This document shows positions 37,504 through 50,878 of a stretch of DNA of 64,000 nucleotides, piece after piece. The translations under genes were made by a program, and so were the position numbers. Position 1 is the stretch's first letter. Each line of letters opens with the position of its first letter. The notes beneath the pieces were generated by a model, which was not told where the DNA came from, did not search any database, and saw nothing but the letters and a program-made list of their open reading frames with translations. The DNA is from Amoebophrya sp. A120 (lineage: Eukaryota; Protista; Dinoflagellata): assembly GCA_905178155.1 (NCBI GenBank), contig CAJINV010000003.1, positions 3,963,868 to 4,027,867 of the forward strand. The letters run 5' to 3'.

Positions 37504-39726
37504 TTATTTTTCTTTTTGTGTCATCAAGATTTGATCAGCGTAGGGCCGCCAGAAGTCTAGGAGGCGCACATAGATGCCTAGATGCATGCAGAGCGAGCGA
37601 ATCATAAAAGCGGCGCGATTAACAGTGATGATGTCCTCATCGATGGTTCCGCGTGGATCTTCCTGGTGCCAGCGCCGCACTAGGGAGTCCAGATTTTCCT
37701 TTCCGCCGCGTGTGTACAGATCCGGATGGTCCTCACTCATCCAGAAGCGCAACACCTGAAGCCGCAGCTTGTCGCTCATCTTGTCCGACCGGGCCCCCAA
37801 TTCCTCTACGGCAATGCGATTCGCCTCCGCGTCGTGTTTTTCGCGAACTTCAGCATCCACCGCCCGCTCTCCTTCGTCGAGCGCCACGATCAGCCGCGCC
37901 AGGGCCAAGCGTTTCCGGATCGGGACCTCCTTCATCTGGCCAAAATCGATGCAACCCAGGCGCCCGTCCGGGAGCAGCAGGTAGTTCCCCGGGTGCGGAT
38001 CAGCCTGGTGACAGCCGTCCACCAGCACCTGCCGGCAGAAAAAGTGCAGGAGCCGCTCCAATACCTCCGCCGGATTAATCGCCACGACGTCACCGCCGTA
38101 TCGCAGTCTCGCGAGCTGGAACCGCGCCTTCGCGTCGGCCAAGGACTCGTAGCCCTCCACGCGGATGCGCTCGCGCAACTCCGCTTCCAGTTGTTCTTTG
38201 GAAACGTTCTTTTTGTCTGCGAGTTTTTGCACCAGCAATTCCAGTCCCTGGATCAGTGTGTTCCCTTCCACGTACTCCATCACCAGAATGTTTTTCGATG
38301 CCAGAAGCGCCTCAGGCACGTAGATTCGTTTCCAGTCAGCGCTTCCCAACGCCACTATTTTTTGACGGCGCTCGTTCACCTCCTGCTGACGCGGAGCTGG
38401 GCTATGCTGCTGTTCTTGTGCAGACGTCGAGATCGCTGGGACTGTACGCTTTCGCCAAAGAAATGCGAGGGGTTGAATGAGGATTCTGTTGAGAAACTGG
38501 TAAAGGCCTCTTCCTGCTTCCTGCCAGGCCACTGCTGCAGCGGATGAATTAGAATTATCACGGGCGCAGCTGGCGAGCCAGTGGGCGCGGACCTTGTTTA
38601 GGTTGTTCGCCTCGCGTTCGTAATCAAACTCGGTAAGAAACATTTGCTCCAGTTCGGAAAGCTGCGGTACGAAACTGGGGTACGCCAAGTGGCAAAACGC
38701 CCGCATTGTCGCCATGTCGGAGCGAAAAAGCTTTTCGGTCCCCGGGACCTGGATCTTCACTGCCACATCGACCGTGCCTTTTCTTGTTTCGTCGGTATAA
38801 AATTTTCCACGGTATACCATGCCGATTGCCGCACTGCCGATCGGTTTTTCGAGATTCAATCGTTCGAAGAACTGTTTTTCAATGTCCAAAGTACCGTCCT
38901 TGGATACCTTTGGATCAACATTGCGTGCACCTGCACTCTTTCCTGTACTACTTTGGTTTCCGACGTTCTCGTCCGTTTGCTTTTTTACTTTCTCCAGATC
39001 CTCGCAAAGGATTTTGCGTGCCTCCTCTGCCGTGAGACACACCGGCGCCTCGTGCTGCAGCTGTCGACACCAGGTGAGGTACGGCTCGGGCACGACGTCT
39101 TCCCGGAGGGACATAAACTGGGCGTTTTTCAAGTACAGGCCGCGGAGCGAGAGGCAGAGACGCTTCACTCGCGGGGAGTAGCGGTAGTGCAAGCTCTGGA
39201 ACACATCGTCGCGATCCCCGCCGAACAGCCAGGCGGCGTAGTCGGCGTTTTGCCGATAAGCGAGGTCCAAGCTGCGGTAGTGCAGATAAATGGGGAACGC
39301 ATTGGCCCAAAACAACGCACTGCGCCGGCGTCCCTTGTCCGCTAGAACGAGCGCCACCACCAGCGCGAGCGCCGAACCGCTCAGGAGAAAGATGCGCCCA
39401 TTGTTCCGCGAGGAGGTCGACGATGTTTTTGAAGGGGACTGGTTTGATATGCTCTGCGGTGGCTCGGAATCTGGGACTGGAGATGCTGAACTTGTGGAGA
39501 AAAAGGTTGCATTGTAACCGCGAAGCCTCGGCGTCGTCGTCATCTCCAGAGAATCCAGAGTCGGCGCAGCGATGACGCTTTTGGCCGGACGGTCGTGGCC
39601 GGCTGATGTCCACCATGCGGGGCGACTGAGCGGTAGTGACCAAGTCGCGCACAGGCCGCCGTTGTACCCTCTATTAAGAGAGGACGAGCGTAGAAATCGG
39701 AGACCACGGCCAATGCATATCGACAT
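37504..39726 (-). CDS. ABC1/UbiB (ADCK/AarF) atypical protein kinase, probably mitochondrial; intronless
   Basis: GLYLKNAQFMS, PIGSAAIGMVYRG, VAVKIQ, EFDYEREANN, LVMEYVEG, ADPHPGN, IDFGQ; Arg/Ser-rich N-terminus followed by a TM helix. Confidence 0.92.
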   Translation of the reverse strand: MSICIGRGLRFLRSSSLNRGYNGGLCATWSLPLSRPAWWTSAGHDRPAKSVIAAPTLDSLEMTTTPRLRGYNATFFSTSSASPVPDSEPPQSISNQSPSKTSSTSSRNNGRIFLLSGSALALVVALVLADKGRRRSALFWANAFPIYLHYRSLDLAYRQNADYAAWLFGGDRDDVFQSLHYRYSPRVKRLCLSLRGLYLKNAQFMSLREDVVPEPYLTWCRQLQHEAPVCLTAEEARKILCEDLEKVKKQTDENVGNQSSTGKSAGARNVDPKVSKDGTLDIEKQFFERLNLEKPIGSAAIGMVYRGKFYTDETRKGTVDVAVKIQVPGTEKLFRSDMATMRAFCHLAYPSFVPQLSELEQMFLTEFDYEREANNLNKVRAHWLASCARDNSNSSAAAVAWQEAGRGLYQFLNRILIQPLAFLWRKRTVPAISTSAQEQQHSPAPRQQEVNERRQKIVALGSADWKRIYVPEALLASKNILVMEYVEGNTLIQGLELLVQKLADKKNVSKEQLEAELRERIRVEGYESLADAKARFQLARLRYGGDVVAINPAEVLERLLHFFCRQVLVDGCHQADPHPGNYLLLPDGRLGCIDFGQMKEVPIRKRLALARLIVALDEGERAVDAEVREKHDAEANRIAVEELGARSDKMSDKLRLQVLRFWMSEDHPDLYTRGGKENLDSLVRRWHQEDPRGTIDEDIITVNRAAFMIRSLCMHLGIYVRLLDFWRPYADQILMTQKEK

Positions 39727-40364
39727 AATCGGTTTTCATGACTCAACTTTTCGTTTTGTGGCGGCAGTCAAAAAACTGATCAAACATCTAGATAGAAGGA
39801 GAAAGTGCAGAGGTAAACACGTGCGGAGCGCCTCAACATGTCCTCATCTTTTGTCGTGCGTAATCGGACCTCCATCTCCATGTTGTTGAGAACGAGAACA
39901 CGCAATTTTGAGTGATGCTTCTTGCGATGCGTGAGCTTGTCAGCAGACGTTTTCGGCTTCTGGTATCTTTTGTAGAGTGCGTGTACGGGCTACAAACTTA
40001 CGTTTGGGTGAAAATCGAAGAGAGCGGCCGCCTGTTTCGGTCCGGACATATCTTTTCGGAGGTCCGATGTCATTTAGAGCGAAACAAGAGTCATACTTCA
40101 GTTTTTTCTCTTGTAAGTTATTTTTGCTTTTGACATTCTTGATGACGGATGGACATGTACAAATAAGGAATCAGAAAATGGAAAGCTGGGGAGCTCATTT
40201 TTTAGTACATTGAAACCAAGATGATGAAACGTTAACTAGACTACAAGATCCCATCCGCAGAGTAAAAAGAGATAGTTGCAAAAAGTAAAATAAAGGTCGT
40301 TGGTTTCGGTGACTCGAACCCATACGTGCCAGGGTGACGTTTCCTAGTCGGAGATCTTCTCCAG

Positions 40365-41651
40365 CTACAGTGAGTCATGCGCCCACCGCAAAAGCTGCAG
40401 CGATTTCTCGAGGAAGAAGATACTGCACGCCAGGCTAGCCCTGACAGCGGCCTGGGTAGCTGAAAGGCTACTACTCCCAAGCCACCAGACCGCCGCTACG
40501 AATTGCTCTGATCGTGCAGCCAGCTGGGACAAGACGTCGCTCAGATACTTTTCCGAAGCGCCATAGGTTGGCACCGTCAGCAGGAGCGCAGCGCTCGAAC
40601 TCCAACTCGTCGTGGGCTCGTCGGCTACACTTGTAGTCCCAGTCGCGCTGCCTAGATCCCGCTGAGCCGTGGTGGCCTCAAGTGGGTCTTGAAGAGGAGG
40701 AAATCGAACGAATTTCTCGCTCACTTGACCGCCTTGCGATGGAGGTGCACTACTGGTATTCCGATTGAGGTACAGGCGCAGGTAGGCATCACTGCACGCA
40801 TCGGAGAGTTGCTGCGTCCACACTTCAAAGTAGCCGTGAGCGCCAAGCAGTATGAGGAGCGTGACTCCGAGGAGAATGACAAAACGCAGGAAACGCGACG
40901 TTGTGCTAACAGCGCTGCTACCACGTACAAACTGTATCCCGCCGCTTCCTCGTGGAAATTTCGCTGCGGCGTCGTCCAAAATCCAAGAAAAACTCGGCAA
41001 ACTTGTGTGCTGTTCGTGCTTGATTTCCACAGCACTTGAAGAATGCAGTGTAGTTGGCGTAGTTTCCGCACCGGAAAGGTCGACGAGGCCGCGTATTTCG
41101 AGGGAGTCATCGTCGAGAAAGCTAGGTCGGGCCAGATTGTTTCGTTGCGAAGGACGCTGGTGGAGTGTTCTTGGGACCACCTGTTGCGGAGCCGCGTCCA
41201 GCAACGGCCCGATGTTGACGCGAGAGCTGCTTCGCCCTCTGGAAGTGGCACTCCAGGGCTCCCTTGGTCTGCTCCTGGCAGCTGCGGTTGAAGCACTGGC
41301 ACTGCCAGTAGAAGTAGACAGCCGGTACCGAGGCCCACTCGTTGCACGGGTATCAGACGTGTAGAAGCTGGCGCGGCTGGTGGTCGCAGAGCGAAAACGC
41401 GGCGAAGAATTTTGCCGCAGTCTCGAGCTCTGCGTGTTAAAGATCGGCGCTGCAGATCTTGTGGAGGGCGCTGCCAGACCCAGACCGGACGAGTTGCTTG
41501 AGGACTTCGAGCGCCACTTCGCGCATGTGGAGCATCCACGTCTACTATCACTCCCCGTCGCGCCATGCAGGAACATATTTTTCGGCTTCGTACTGCTATC
41601 GTGCGCCGATCGGAGTTGAGCAACCATCTTTTCTGCTTCTGACAACTCCAT
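40365..41651 (-). CDS. Hypothetical protein, Ser/Arg-rich N-terminus with at least one TM segment
   Basis: 428-aa ORF with FVILLGVTLLILLGAHGYF; the 3' end may be spliced further. Confidence 0.5.
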   Translation of the reverse strand: MELSEAEKMVAQLRSAHDSSTKPKNMFLHGATGSDSRRGCSTCAKWRSKSSSNSSGLGLAAPSTRSAAPIFNTQSSRLRQNSSPRFRSATTSRASFYTSDTRATSGPRYRLSTSTGSASASTAAARSRPREPWSATSRGRSSSRVNIGPLLDAAPQQVVPRTLHQRPSQRNNLARPSFLDDDSLEIRGLVDLSGAETTPTTLHSSSAVEIKHEQHTSLPSFSWILDDAAAKFPRGSGGIQFVRGSSAVSTTSRFLRFVILLGVTLLILLGAHGYFEVWTQQLSDACSDAYLRLYLNRNTSSAPPSQGGQVSEKFVRFPPLQDPLEATTAQRDLGSATGTTSVADEPTTSWSSSAALLLTVPTYGASEKYLSDVLSQLAARSEQFVAAVWWLGSSSLSATQAAVRASLACSIFFLEKSLQLLRWAHDSL

Positions 41652-41843
41652 CAGTGGATAAAACGTATAGATGCGGCTGCGGGTTGTAGTTTGGACACAC
41701 GGACTTAAATACCAACTGCCTTTACAACGTGCAAGAGAACTACAACTAGCAGTGTACGGTGTGATGCTGTACAGTATTTTTCTCGAGGGCGCACCACCCA
41801 GAGTTCGAGAACCTGAAGCTCGACACGAGTCTTAATTCTGTCA

Positions 41844-41864
41844 CTCTCTCTCTCTCTCTCTCTC
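41844..41864. repeat. (CT)10 microsatellite
   Basis: Directly visible. Confidence 0.9.
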
Positions 41865-42091
41865 ATGTTGCAGTCGAGTACTATCCGTCGTACGATGAGC
41901 AGACGCGACGTCGACAGGAGGAGCTAGTGCGAAACTACGGGTCAGACAGGCACACAAATCCGATTATCGATATCGTGTAGCTGAGACGAAGACAAAACAG
42001 CACGTCAAAGCGAGTTTAAACTTTTCGTGCTCTTGCAAGCACTGTGGTGCGCGCAATGAAAATGAAATCATGGGGTTGGGAGCAACATGAA

Positions 42092-45000
42092 TCATTGATC
42101 AGCATTTGGAAAGAGGACGGCATTGACATTCACACTGTCCTGCACTGCGACTGTAATTGCATCCCTTGCGACGTCCCGCTCAGCGTGGTATTCTTCGGGG
42201 ACTTGCTGCAATAGTCGGAAGCACCCCAACCGTAAACAGATCTGCCCATACTCTTTTCCATACCTCGTTGCCGCTTCAGTGAGGAAAAAGCACACTTCTC
42301 TACAGGGGCCAACTCGTTGCACTGCCAAGCGCACCTGGTCGTGCAGGAGTTGATTTTCTGTTGCAAGTGATACGAAGTTACGAGTATGACGATGACCCTA
42401 ATAAATGGAAAATTGAAAAAATTCATTGCGTCTGCAGCTGTCCATAGAATTTTCCGTCAATGATGGTAAAAAGTAAAAATGAGAAAAGAAAAATGCTAAA
42501 TCCCAATTATACCGCACGAGAAAACAAGCCGATCCTTATTCTCCCGGCCTTGAGGCCATTTGCAAAAACCAGCATGGCTTGCTGATCAACAAGTGGGTCC
42601 CCGCGCACGCTGCAATTCTCCACCATGGATATGACTGCCTCGAATATACTCGAGCGGAGCACCTGCGAAAAGACGGATAGGAGAGTCAAAACATAAGCAA
42701 CCAAAAAACCTACAGCATAGCAGACAGACGTAACGTGGACAAACAAACCGCGTAGTCAAGCCGTACAAGCCAACAAGTACCTCCGAGGAAATGTGGTAAA
42801 TGCAGTGCACAAATATGCGCATGGTTTTCCGGCACAACGTTACGGGTTGCAGTTGTGCCGATGTCAACCCTCCCTCTGGACATGTTGCCGCGGACGATGA
42901 AGATGGCGAAGCGGCGTTGTCGCTCCAGTTCTCCTTGTGGGTGAAGTTGCAGGCACGCTTTGCAAGCAGTTCCACGAGGTCGCTGCAATTACTTCCCTTG
43001 GGCTTCTGCGCTTCGACAACAGCAATTGCTTTTTCTAGCGTTTCGGAGAGGAAGTTTAAGTCTTCTCCCTGCGGATTGGTCGTATGGCGGAGCGTTGCCA
43101 GAACACTTTGCTTCAAGTCCTGTATGGTACTCGCGGCTTGCTTGTTAAGACGGGTGTGAGCAGGACTCCGCGCACCTCCTGCACCAGTACCAGAGGACTG
43201 CCACGGCTGTTGCTGTTCGATCATGACAGCCTCGCGCTCCTGGAGCATCAGATCTGCTGAATCCGCGTTGCGTGAAACTTCCACTTTGTTCGTACCGGAG
43301 CTGCCATCTTCTCTCGCTGTCTTGGAACCTCCAGTCGTCGCTGCTACAACAGATCTCTTCGACACTGAGTCTTGATGCGATTGCGAAGTCACAACGACGG
43401 CGCGATCATCAGATTTTTCTTCTGTCTTGCTTCTGCTGTTCCCTTTGCGGGGTATGCGCGGTTCCTGCCCGAGCTCGGGGTTCGCAGTTGTCCCGAGAGA
43501 CACCGTATCAAATGTAAAAGTGTCTGGGTCTGGAAACTTGTGATGCTGGGTGGCGTATCATGATGAGGCCACAAGTGCTGGCCCATCATGACAAGTTTCC
43601 GAGCTTCTAGGTGTTGCCTATTCTGCATGACAAACTGCGTTTCTGCATGACAGAAAAGTGGAGCGCTTGGGCAACGTGCGTGACAGATTCAAGAGTCATG
43701 CCAGACAAGCATGACAAACATGCATTCTTCCAGACCCAGACACTTTTGCAATCCATACACCGTGCGAGTCGTCGGGACTCGCGGTTTTCGATGCGGCAGG
43801 GCCGCGTCGGCGGCGCGCACAGCGGGTCCACGGGGACTAGTCTGTGTGGTGGTGGCAGCTCTATTTTTCTGTGCGATCTGCTTCGGCGGCTGGGGCTGAG
43901 CCGGTACGGTGCCCGCCGAGATTGGCACTCGCACTCTCGCTTTCGGTTTAGTCTTTGCTCCTCTGTTGCGATTGCAAGTAGTCTCGCCCGTAGCGGACGC
44001 ACGGTTAGAAGTACTACCGACTTGCTTAGTGACTTCGCTTTTGGATCGCTTCATCAAGACGCCTTGATTACTCACCCGCTGTGCGGCGACGTCATTCTGA
44101 AACGCTTTTCGTGAGCGCGCTGTCAGGGCCGCGATTTTCTCCGGCGGAAGGTCCAGGGAGTCTAGTTGAAGGCTGTCGAGGAACTGCTCTACACGCGGAT
44201 CGTCTCCAACCGTCTGTGTCCCATCCTTCCCACTCACGCCATTTGGATCTGCGTGGTCGACGGCAAGAACTACACCGAGACCCGCGGCGACCTGCGGAGC
44301 CTGTACTGGCTTCGCGCGCAATGCTCCTGTCTCCTCCTGTGCGCCGCTAGAAGTAGAATTCGTGTGCTCTGGATACAGCATCGTCGTCACAACAGACCCG
44401 CGCGAGGGTGCTTGATTGGTCGAGATGGGCGAGACGTGGTTCTTCGTATTGAAACGCGACGAAGAGGAGGCTGCGGGTTGCTGGTGCGCAACTTGTTTAA
44501 CACTTGCAGGTTTCATCTCAGCCACGACCACTTTGGTTTGCGGTTGCGGTTTTCCAGTGCGGTGTGCTACGAAAGGATCATGCGGGTTCGATGTAGCGGA
44601 CGGTGACTCACCGTGGTTTTTGTCTACAGGTTTCATCTTGTCGGCGGGCCGGCCCTTGGGACGAGTCGTTGTACCAGCACTGGCACTGGACGCCGTGGTC
44701 GAGGTGGTGGTGAGAAGGATAGTACCCGAAGCGGCAGGAGCGCCGGCACCGGTGTCTCCCGACGAACCCTTTGAAGATGCCCCACTGGCAGCAGCGGAAA
44801 AGACAGCCGAGGCACTCATCGGAGCCTGGATTTTCAGCGTTGAAAACGGAGCACGCAGGGGTCGCGGCGATAACGTTGTCCAAGGATGGTTGGAACTGGC
44901 ATTTTTACTGGTGTGCTGGAAGAGACGCGAGGAGCCACTACTGGAAGTAGAAACCTCCTTTGTGCAAGCGCGCGCAGTACTACTACCCGCACCGTGCAAA

Positions 45001-46835
45001 GCTGCCTTGGAAAGCACTGACGTGCCTCTCGTGCTGTTTGTACGGATGGCATCTTGCAGGTCCTTTAAGCTCGCTCGTCTTTGCAGGGTTGCTACCGTGC
45101 GATCGAAAGAACGCTTCAGAGGAGGAGAGGCAAACCGCAGGAGCGGAAACTCACTTTTTCGTGCGAGGCTGCTCTTGCTGCCGCCATGACTGCAGGTCGT
45201 TGGGCTCTGTGGCCTGCGGTAGTGTTGCGATTCTTGCTTTCGATCGCGTCCAGCACCATCAAGCGGGCCGTTTGCATTCTTACTTTGTCGACAGGACGAG
45301 TCTGCAGCTTCAGCATCACCAATTTCGGAAGTTTTTCCACTGGACGCCGGAACAAGTTCAACATGTTCATCTTGTTGGCGCAGCAAAGACGTACTACTTT
45401 GACCAGTCGCGTCACGTGAGTAAGCATTAGACCACGCGTTCGTCGTGTTAATCGTCCTCTGCGCTGCGGCTGCTTCTGTTTGTGGCCATGCGAACTGCGG
45501 CGGAATGTGCACGGCTGGTGAGGCGGCGATCTGTGGCACGACCCATCCGTTTTGCGATGGCGGGCGCACCTGTGCGGAAGCCGCTCGACTCGGAACGAAG
45601 GGCGGCACTTTTATGCTCGTGTCCCCAAAACCAGCCGCGTCGACGGGAATACGCACCGGCTTGTCGATCTTTTTCAGTAGCGGAGATCGGAAGTCCACGA
45701 CCTGGTGCGACACATTGGTAGTGATTGCGGTCCTTGGTCTGTTAATTGCTAGTGCACCACTCGATGGCCGCGGACCTGCAATGCGTGCGGAAGAAATCGG
45801 CCTGCTGGTTGAGCCGTGAGCCTGACGAGAAAGCGTTCGTGACGGGGGGTAGAAAAGAGTGAATCCCTTGCTGGTCGTCCTCTGGGCTCGTGACGAGGTT
45901 GCTGCCACTGCGCCTCCTGGTGCTTGGTCTCGCTTCTTCCGATAGCCTATACTTGTGGAACTGACAGACCGGCTCACTTGCGAACAAAACGCAGCCTGGT
46001 CAACGACCGTATCAGGTTCAGGGCCGCGAGCTGCTGCGCTTGCATTTTCGGTTTCTGAAGATAGGACTTGTCCCCGCTCCATCGGTATCGGTCTGCCTGC
46101 GTTTTCATCTCCCTCTGTGTTTCCACCGTACACGACCTCACGTTTCGAGCTCCCACCATCTCCGTCTAGAACTTCAACTTCTCCCGCTTCGGTTTCAATG
46201 GGTTGTTCCTTTTTATCCAATTCTCCGCCGACCGCGGACTTCTGCTTTTTCGGAGACGCGCTGCGGCTGCTGGGGGTCGTGTAACTGTGCGGCTTCCGTC
46301 CGGTGGGCGTACCGGGGTACTGTTGGGTGCTGAGGCGCTGCAGGTGCTGTCGGGATGCTTGAATCGCTGCCCGGGCGCGCTCGCACAATTCTTCTGAGCT
46401 CTTCAACTTGCTTTGCAACAGTACCGACGCAGTCGTGGCACTAGCTGGTATGGGGGCGAAGTCTCTCGAGTCGTCTTTTTCCACTGCAGCTATGGTGCAG
46501 TTTGCGTCCGAAGGTGAATAACTCTTCTTCGGCGTCATCAGCACCGACTCTGCATGTTGTTCTCCACCTTGCGTGTCGGTGGCGCCAGGTCGAGGTCGGT
46601 AAATCTTCAAGATTTTATCGTCTTCGATCTCTCCTCCAGCTAGGCCACGTCCCAGATCTTCCCGGGTGCTCGAAGTACCCGTTGTGCGATCGGGAACAGC
46701 GGCAGCCAAATCTTCCTCATCGACGCCGGGCGACAAGTGCGGCTTCCCAAGCTGGTGCCCCTGGGTAAACATGAACGCCCCCCGGCGGGTTCCATACGCA
46801 GCCGGTCCGGGATGCTGCGTTGGACTGGGAATCAT
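42092..46835 (-). CDS. Large low-complexity protein with a helical C-terminal domain; multi-exon
   Basis: ORF 43689..46835 joins ORF 42586..43503 in frame after removing the 43506 element (PTTRTV|SLGTT). Further exons VLRSSIFEAV... and VRLAVQRVGP...NADQ*. Confidence 0.7.
43506..43757. mobile_element. Introner-like TIR element, main TIR type, family B (252 bp)
   Basis: TIRs; TSD CACCG; reverse-complement homolog of the 54788/56214/57628 elements. Confidence 0.92.
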
Positions 46836-47202
46836 AATCGATCAGTTTGCCTATAGCACTTCCACTTCTAGGGAAGCATGAATTTTGCTATGTATCAAAA
46901 TTATCTTGCCGCAACTACGCTGTGGTGCCCGCATGTTATCAAATACAACGAAATCGATTGTTGGCTTCATTTTTCGCGCTTTGAAGTCTGGTCGCTCCAA
47001 GTGTTAAGTATAAGTACACGTTTTTCGTGCTTCTTTTTCCAATTTAAAGGCTGGGACCGCCTCTATCAACACAGTCTGGTTGCACAAGACAACTCGAACT
47101 CTGCGGTTTACGAATAAGATATAAGATTCGCCCGGGGGGGAAAGAAAAACAAACAGAAGAAAATGAAAATCGCACGAATTAAGCAATAGTGTATCTCATA
47201 CC

Positions 47203-48253
47203 CTAACTGTACCACCGCTTCATAAAAATTGCGTGCAAACTTTTCAGCCTTGGTGTATAAGGACACATAGAAATACTAGAACACCTTCGTCCGTCCCTGA
47301 GTGAGTGGTGGAAAGCTACGGCGTTCTCACCCGGAGCGAGAACCTCAACCTTGAGGGTGGCGGTGGGAATCGAATTGAAATTGTTCGTTCGCAATCCATC
47401 AATAACAACCCTGAGCAGTCGCCCTTGGCAGCAGCAAGGCGCTTCAGAGGGCTCTTTTGTTCATTCAGTCTAGCTTTATCAGCAGTTCTTTGAGAATTGA
47501 TACGCGCGTCATTAATTATATTGCGTACGTTTCACCTGCGAATTGGTTGTTGAGAACGTACGTTTCTTCGCGGTAGAGTATTCGGCGAATTTTGAATTTT
47601 TCTCCTTTCGGGTCCAACACTTTTTTGCGGCGCAGGTCGGTGGCGAGATTTGCGTCGTCGAGCACCACAGCCGTGCTGCTTGCACTGCTCATCGAGGCCA
47701 CCGTCCAGCCGTGCTGCTTGTCGGCGGTAGTCAGGAATAGGGAAAGCGACGAGTTCGCAACGACGTGCTGGTGGTCCCGAAGCTGCGGTGGCTTCGGCAT
47801 CAGCCCGAGGCTGGCAATCAGCGCTGCTGGTAGCTCGCTGCCGGCAACGTCGCCGATGCCGGGTACGAAGGTTTGCCCCTCGAGATGAGAAGAACTATTA
47901 GGTGAATTCTCCGAAGAACCGGAGATCCCCATAGTGATCAGTTTCGACTGCAACATGCTGGTCTTTTGCAGCTGATACTGTTCTCCTTTCGCACCGCCTC
48001 CGGCCGCGGCCTGCTTGTCCGCATCGGTGGCAGGCGTCAAATCCATGTCCACTGACGTTGTTCCACCATCTCCTGGAGGGGCACTGGTTCCTGCGTCCAC
48101 GATCCGGAAGATTTCGACGGCATCTGGAAAACGTACGCGCAAAATGGCCTTCTTTGCGTCGTCCGGAAGAGGTACCAGGGGGCGCTTGACCTCGATTTGC
48201 TCCTCCCAGCTGTTGGGAATCTTACCCTTGCAGCAACAACACAGACAGCCCAT
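47203..48253 (-). CDS. Hypothetical protein with a dual-acylation N-terminus (MGCLCCCCK); probably 2 exons
   Basis: Gly2 followed by a Cys cluster is a typical myristoylation/palmitoylation signal. ORF 47516..48283 plus a probable last exon; 3' end uncertain. Confidence 0.55.
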
Positions 48254-50878
48254 TACGAGATGATGTGCTCGCAAAAGGTGCACCTACTTCATTTCATGAT
48301 CGACACACACTGGCGAGGGATGAAAAACTATCATAAAGGCGCTTTCTATTTTTGATTTTGCAGTTGATTAAAGCTCACGAAAATCGTCACTCAAAAACAG
48401 GAAGGAACTAGACACTAAACTCTTTCATTGAACTAGGGGTGTTACTGAATGAAAAGCAAAACGATTTTTCCGGGCGAATAAATGGGAAAACTCGAACTAC
48501 CAAACGAACACGGAGAACTACAATATATGAGTTGCAGGACCTGCTTACTGACCACAGGAGCGTTTGGTTTTTGCGAATAGGAAAACACACACGGACGAGC
48601 GACTGATTCGAAGAGATGATGGATCCACGGCACTTTTTGGACCTACAAAAATACTGACTCTCACGAAACTCGAGATTAATTCTCTCATGAGACTAACACT
48701 GAATCGACCTCTTCCACTCTTTTTCTACATTCTCCACACACCCAAAATCTGTACAACATTTGCGAGAATATCGACGAAATACATGGAATCTGAATCAAAT
48801 TTGGAACTATCTGGTGTGGACGGACAGCATCATATCGTTGCGTCCTACTCGCACACTGTTGCCATCGGCATCCTGATTGAGCGTCGATATCTAAAGCGCA
48901 CTGGTGGCTGGCAATCAAAGGCAACAATAAACTGGTCCTCGAAATGGAAAATTAGTGTAAGCCACCACGTGTAGTTCTGCGTCTGGATTGATTTCGCCCA
49001 GGAGATTCAGACGACACTATAGTCGTGCGGCTTCAGATATATTTCTGTCCTGTAGATACAGCAGCCAAAAGAATCGAAATTATTCATTTTCACATGCGGT
49101 TCCCTATTGCATAAATATATTGTCCCATATCAATGTTGATAAATCACTGAGATAATTGGTACAACGGGGTAGCAATCTGCAGTAGAATATTACTTAGTAG
49201 TCTCGCGCAAAGCAGATGAAGCACTACAGCGTTAGCGTGCGCTGCGAAAACGTGAAAGTCAAAATCTTCGCATGCGCCGCAGAATCTGCTGCATGGATTG
49301 CGCCACTATTCCGGCTTCGTTGTGTAGCACGTCAACTAAAAGTTTTTGGTGACACTTAGAAAGAATTTATTGTGGTGAATAAGATACCTAAAAAAGAGGT
49401 CGGACATCTGTACAGATGTGATAGGAAAACACAGACACGAATGAGTGAGCAGGCGGTTCATGCCTTTGTCAAAAAGAAGGTGGGGGCAGAGAGAGGAAAG
49501 GACAAGGAGTGCAGACAGAATAAAGCAGCCGTGCGTGGACAAGCCTTGTGGCTGCACTGCAAAGGCGCCTCTACTCCGGACATTCAAGTCCCTTTCCTCG
49601 TTCGTGTTTCCGGGAATCTAAGCTTTACTCGGTAGGCGAGTTATCCGAGAGAAAAGTGTTTCGCTCTCCTTTTCCGGGAACAGCTCATCGGTTCTACTCA
49701 GAAGTAGGGGCGAAACGGCGAAAACGTGGTCGCTGGGCTGAGTCAATATTGCTTTTGTTGTCTAAAAATATCAAATTCAAATTAAGTTCGAAGTTGCATA
49801 GTTTGATTGTGAGTAGTTCCAGCCTCGTCTAGTAGTAGTGTACTAAACAAAAAAGTACAAAGCTGAAGATGAAAAATCGTTTTTTTTTTTCTGAGATTGC
49901 AAATTATCGAGCAACCACGATTGACAGCGGGCGGTCTTCGATAGTTTTAACAAGTAGTGCCAATCCAGGATAGCGTCGTGGAATTCTCCAAGACTGTCAA
50001 CTGTACTGTAAGGGCACAAACATAAGATATCAACATGCTCATGTTTTCGTTCCATAGCTAGTACGAGCCGCGAGCTATCGCATTCGATATCCGGTATGGG
50101 ATTGCCTTTCTAGTCGCGCCATTATCGACATTCATACGTTTTACAACTACACAGCAACGCAAGTAGATTTTCTGCCTCAACGGTTCTACATACAAGTGCA
50201 TACATTGCAATACACTTAAGTCAAGTTGATAGGATAATACACTCGAAACGAAAATAAACCATAGGTACATCTATATCTCTGATTTTTTTTCTGATTTGCG
50301 ACACTTGCCAGGCACGAAAACGTACCCTCTTCTTGTATTTTTTTGTGTATCTATGGAGAGACAATCCTTTTTGTGTCTGAGGGTAGTCGTGGTAAGAAAC
50401 GTAGCTGATTTGATGTGATAAGAAGGTGTTGCAGGCGAAGAATTGCGCCTTTTCTTGCCAGGATGTCTGTTAGTCCCATAGTCTTGTTGAATCAGAAACC
50501 ATGCTTTCTTGAACTACTTGTTACATCGAAACATTAAAAAATCTAAATGACTTAATATTACGGCTTTCGAGCCGTCTTTGAGCCGCCGAGTACGTGGTAT
50601 CCCTATTTCAGCTGGTGACGTGCCAAACTGCCATATCGAGCCTTGATGTGAGAATAAATACTAGAAATCAGAGAGTGTGAATAAGCAGTGAGTCCAAGAC
50701 CTCCGCTCCTTCGGAGTACCAGCGAAGATCTAGATCCTGCCTTTCCTTTCAGCGAGTTTAATTTTTATCAAGAGGTGTGTGAGAGAGTTTATTTCGGTAG
50801 TTTCTTTCAACGATCGAGAGCATGCATAGGGGTGTGCCAAATCGCAACTGTGATACGAGATGAAAACATGTTGAGCGA

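Noticed and set aside
48400-50800. Short ORFs between the acylated-protein gene and iolE copy 1
   Set aside because: No recognisable motifs, codon bias or consistent exon chain; treated as intergenic.
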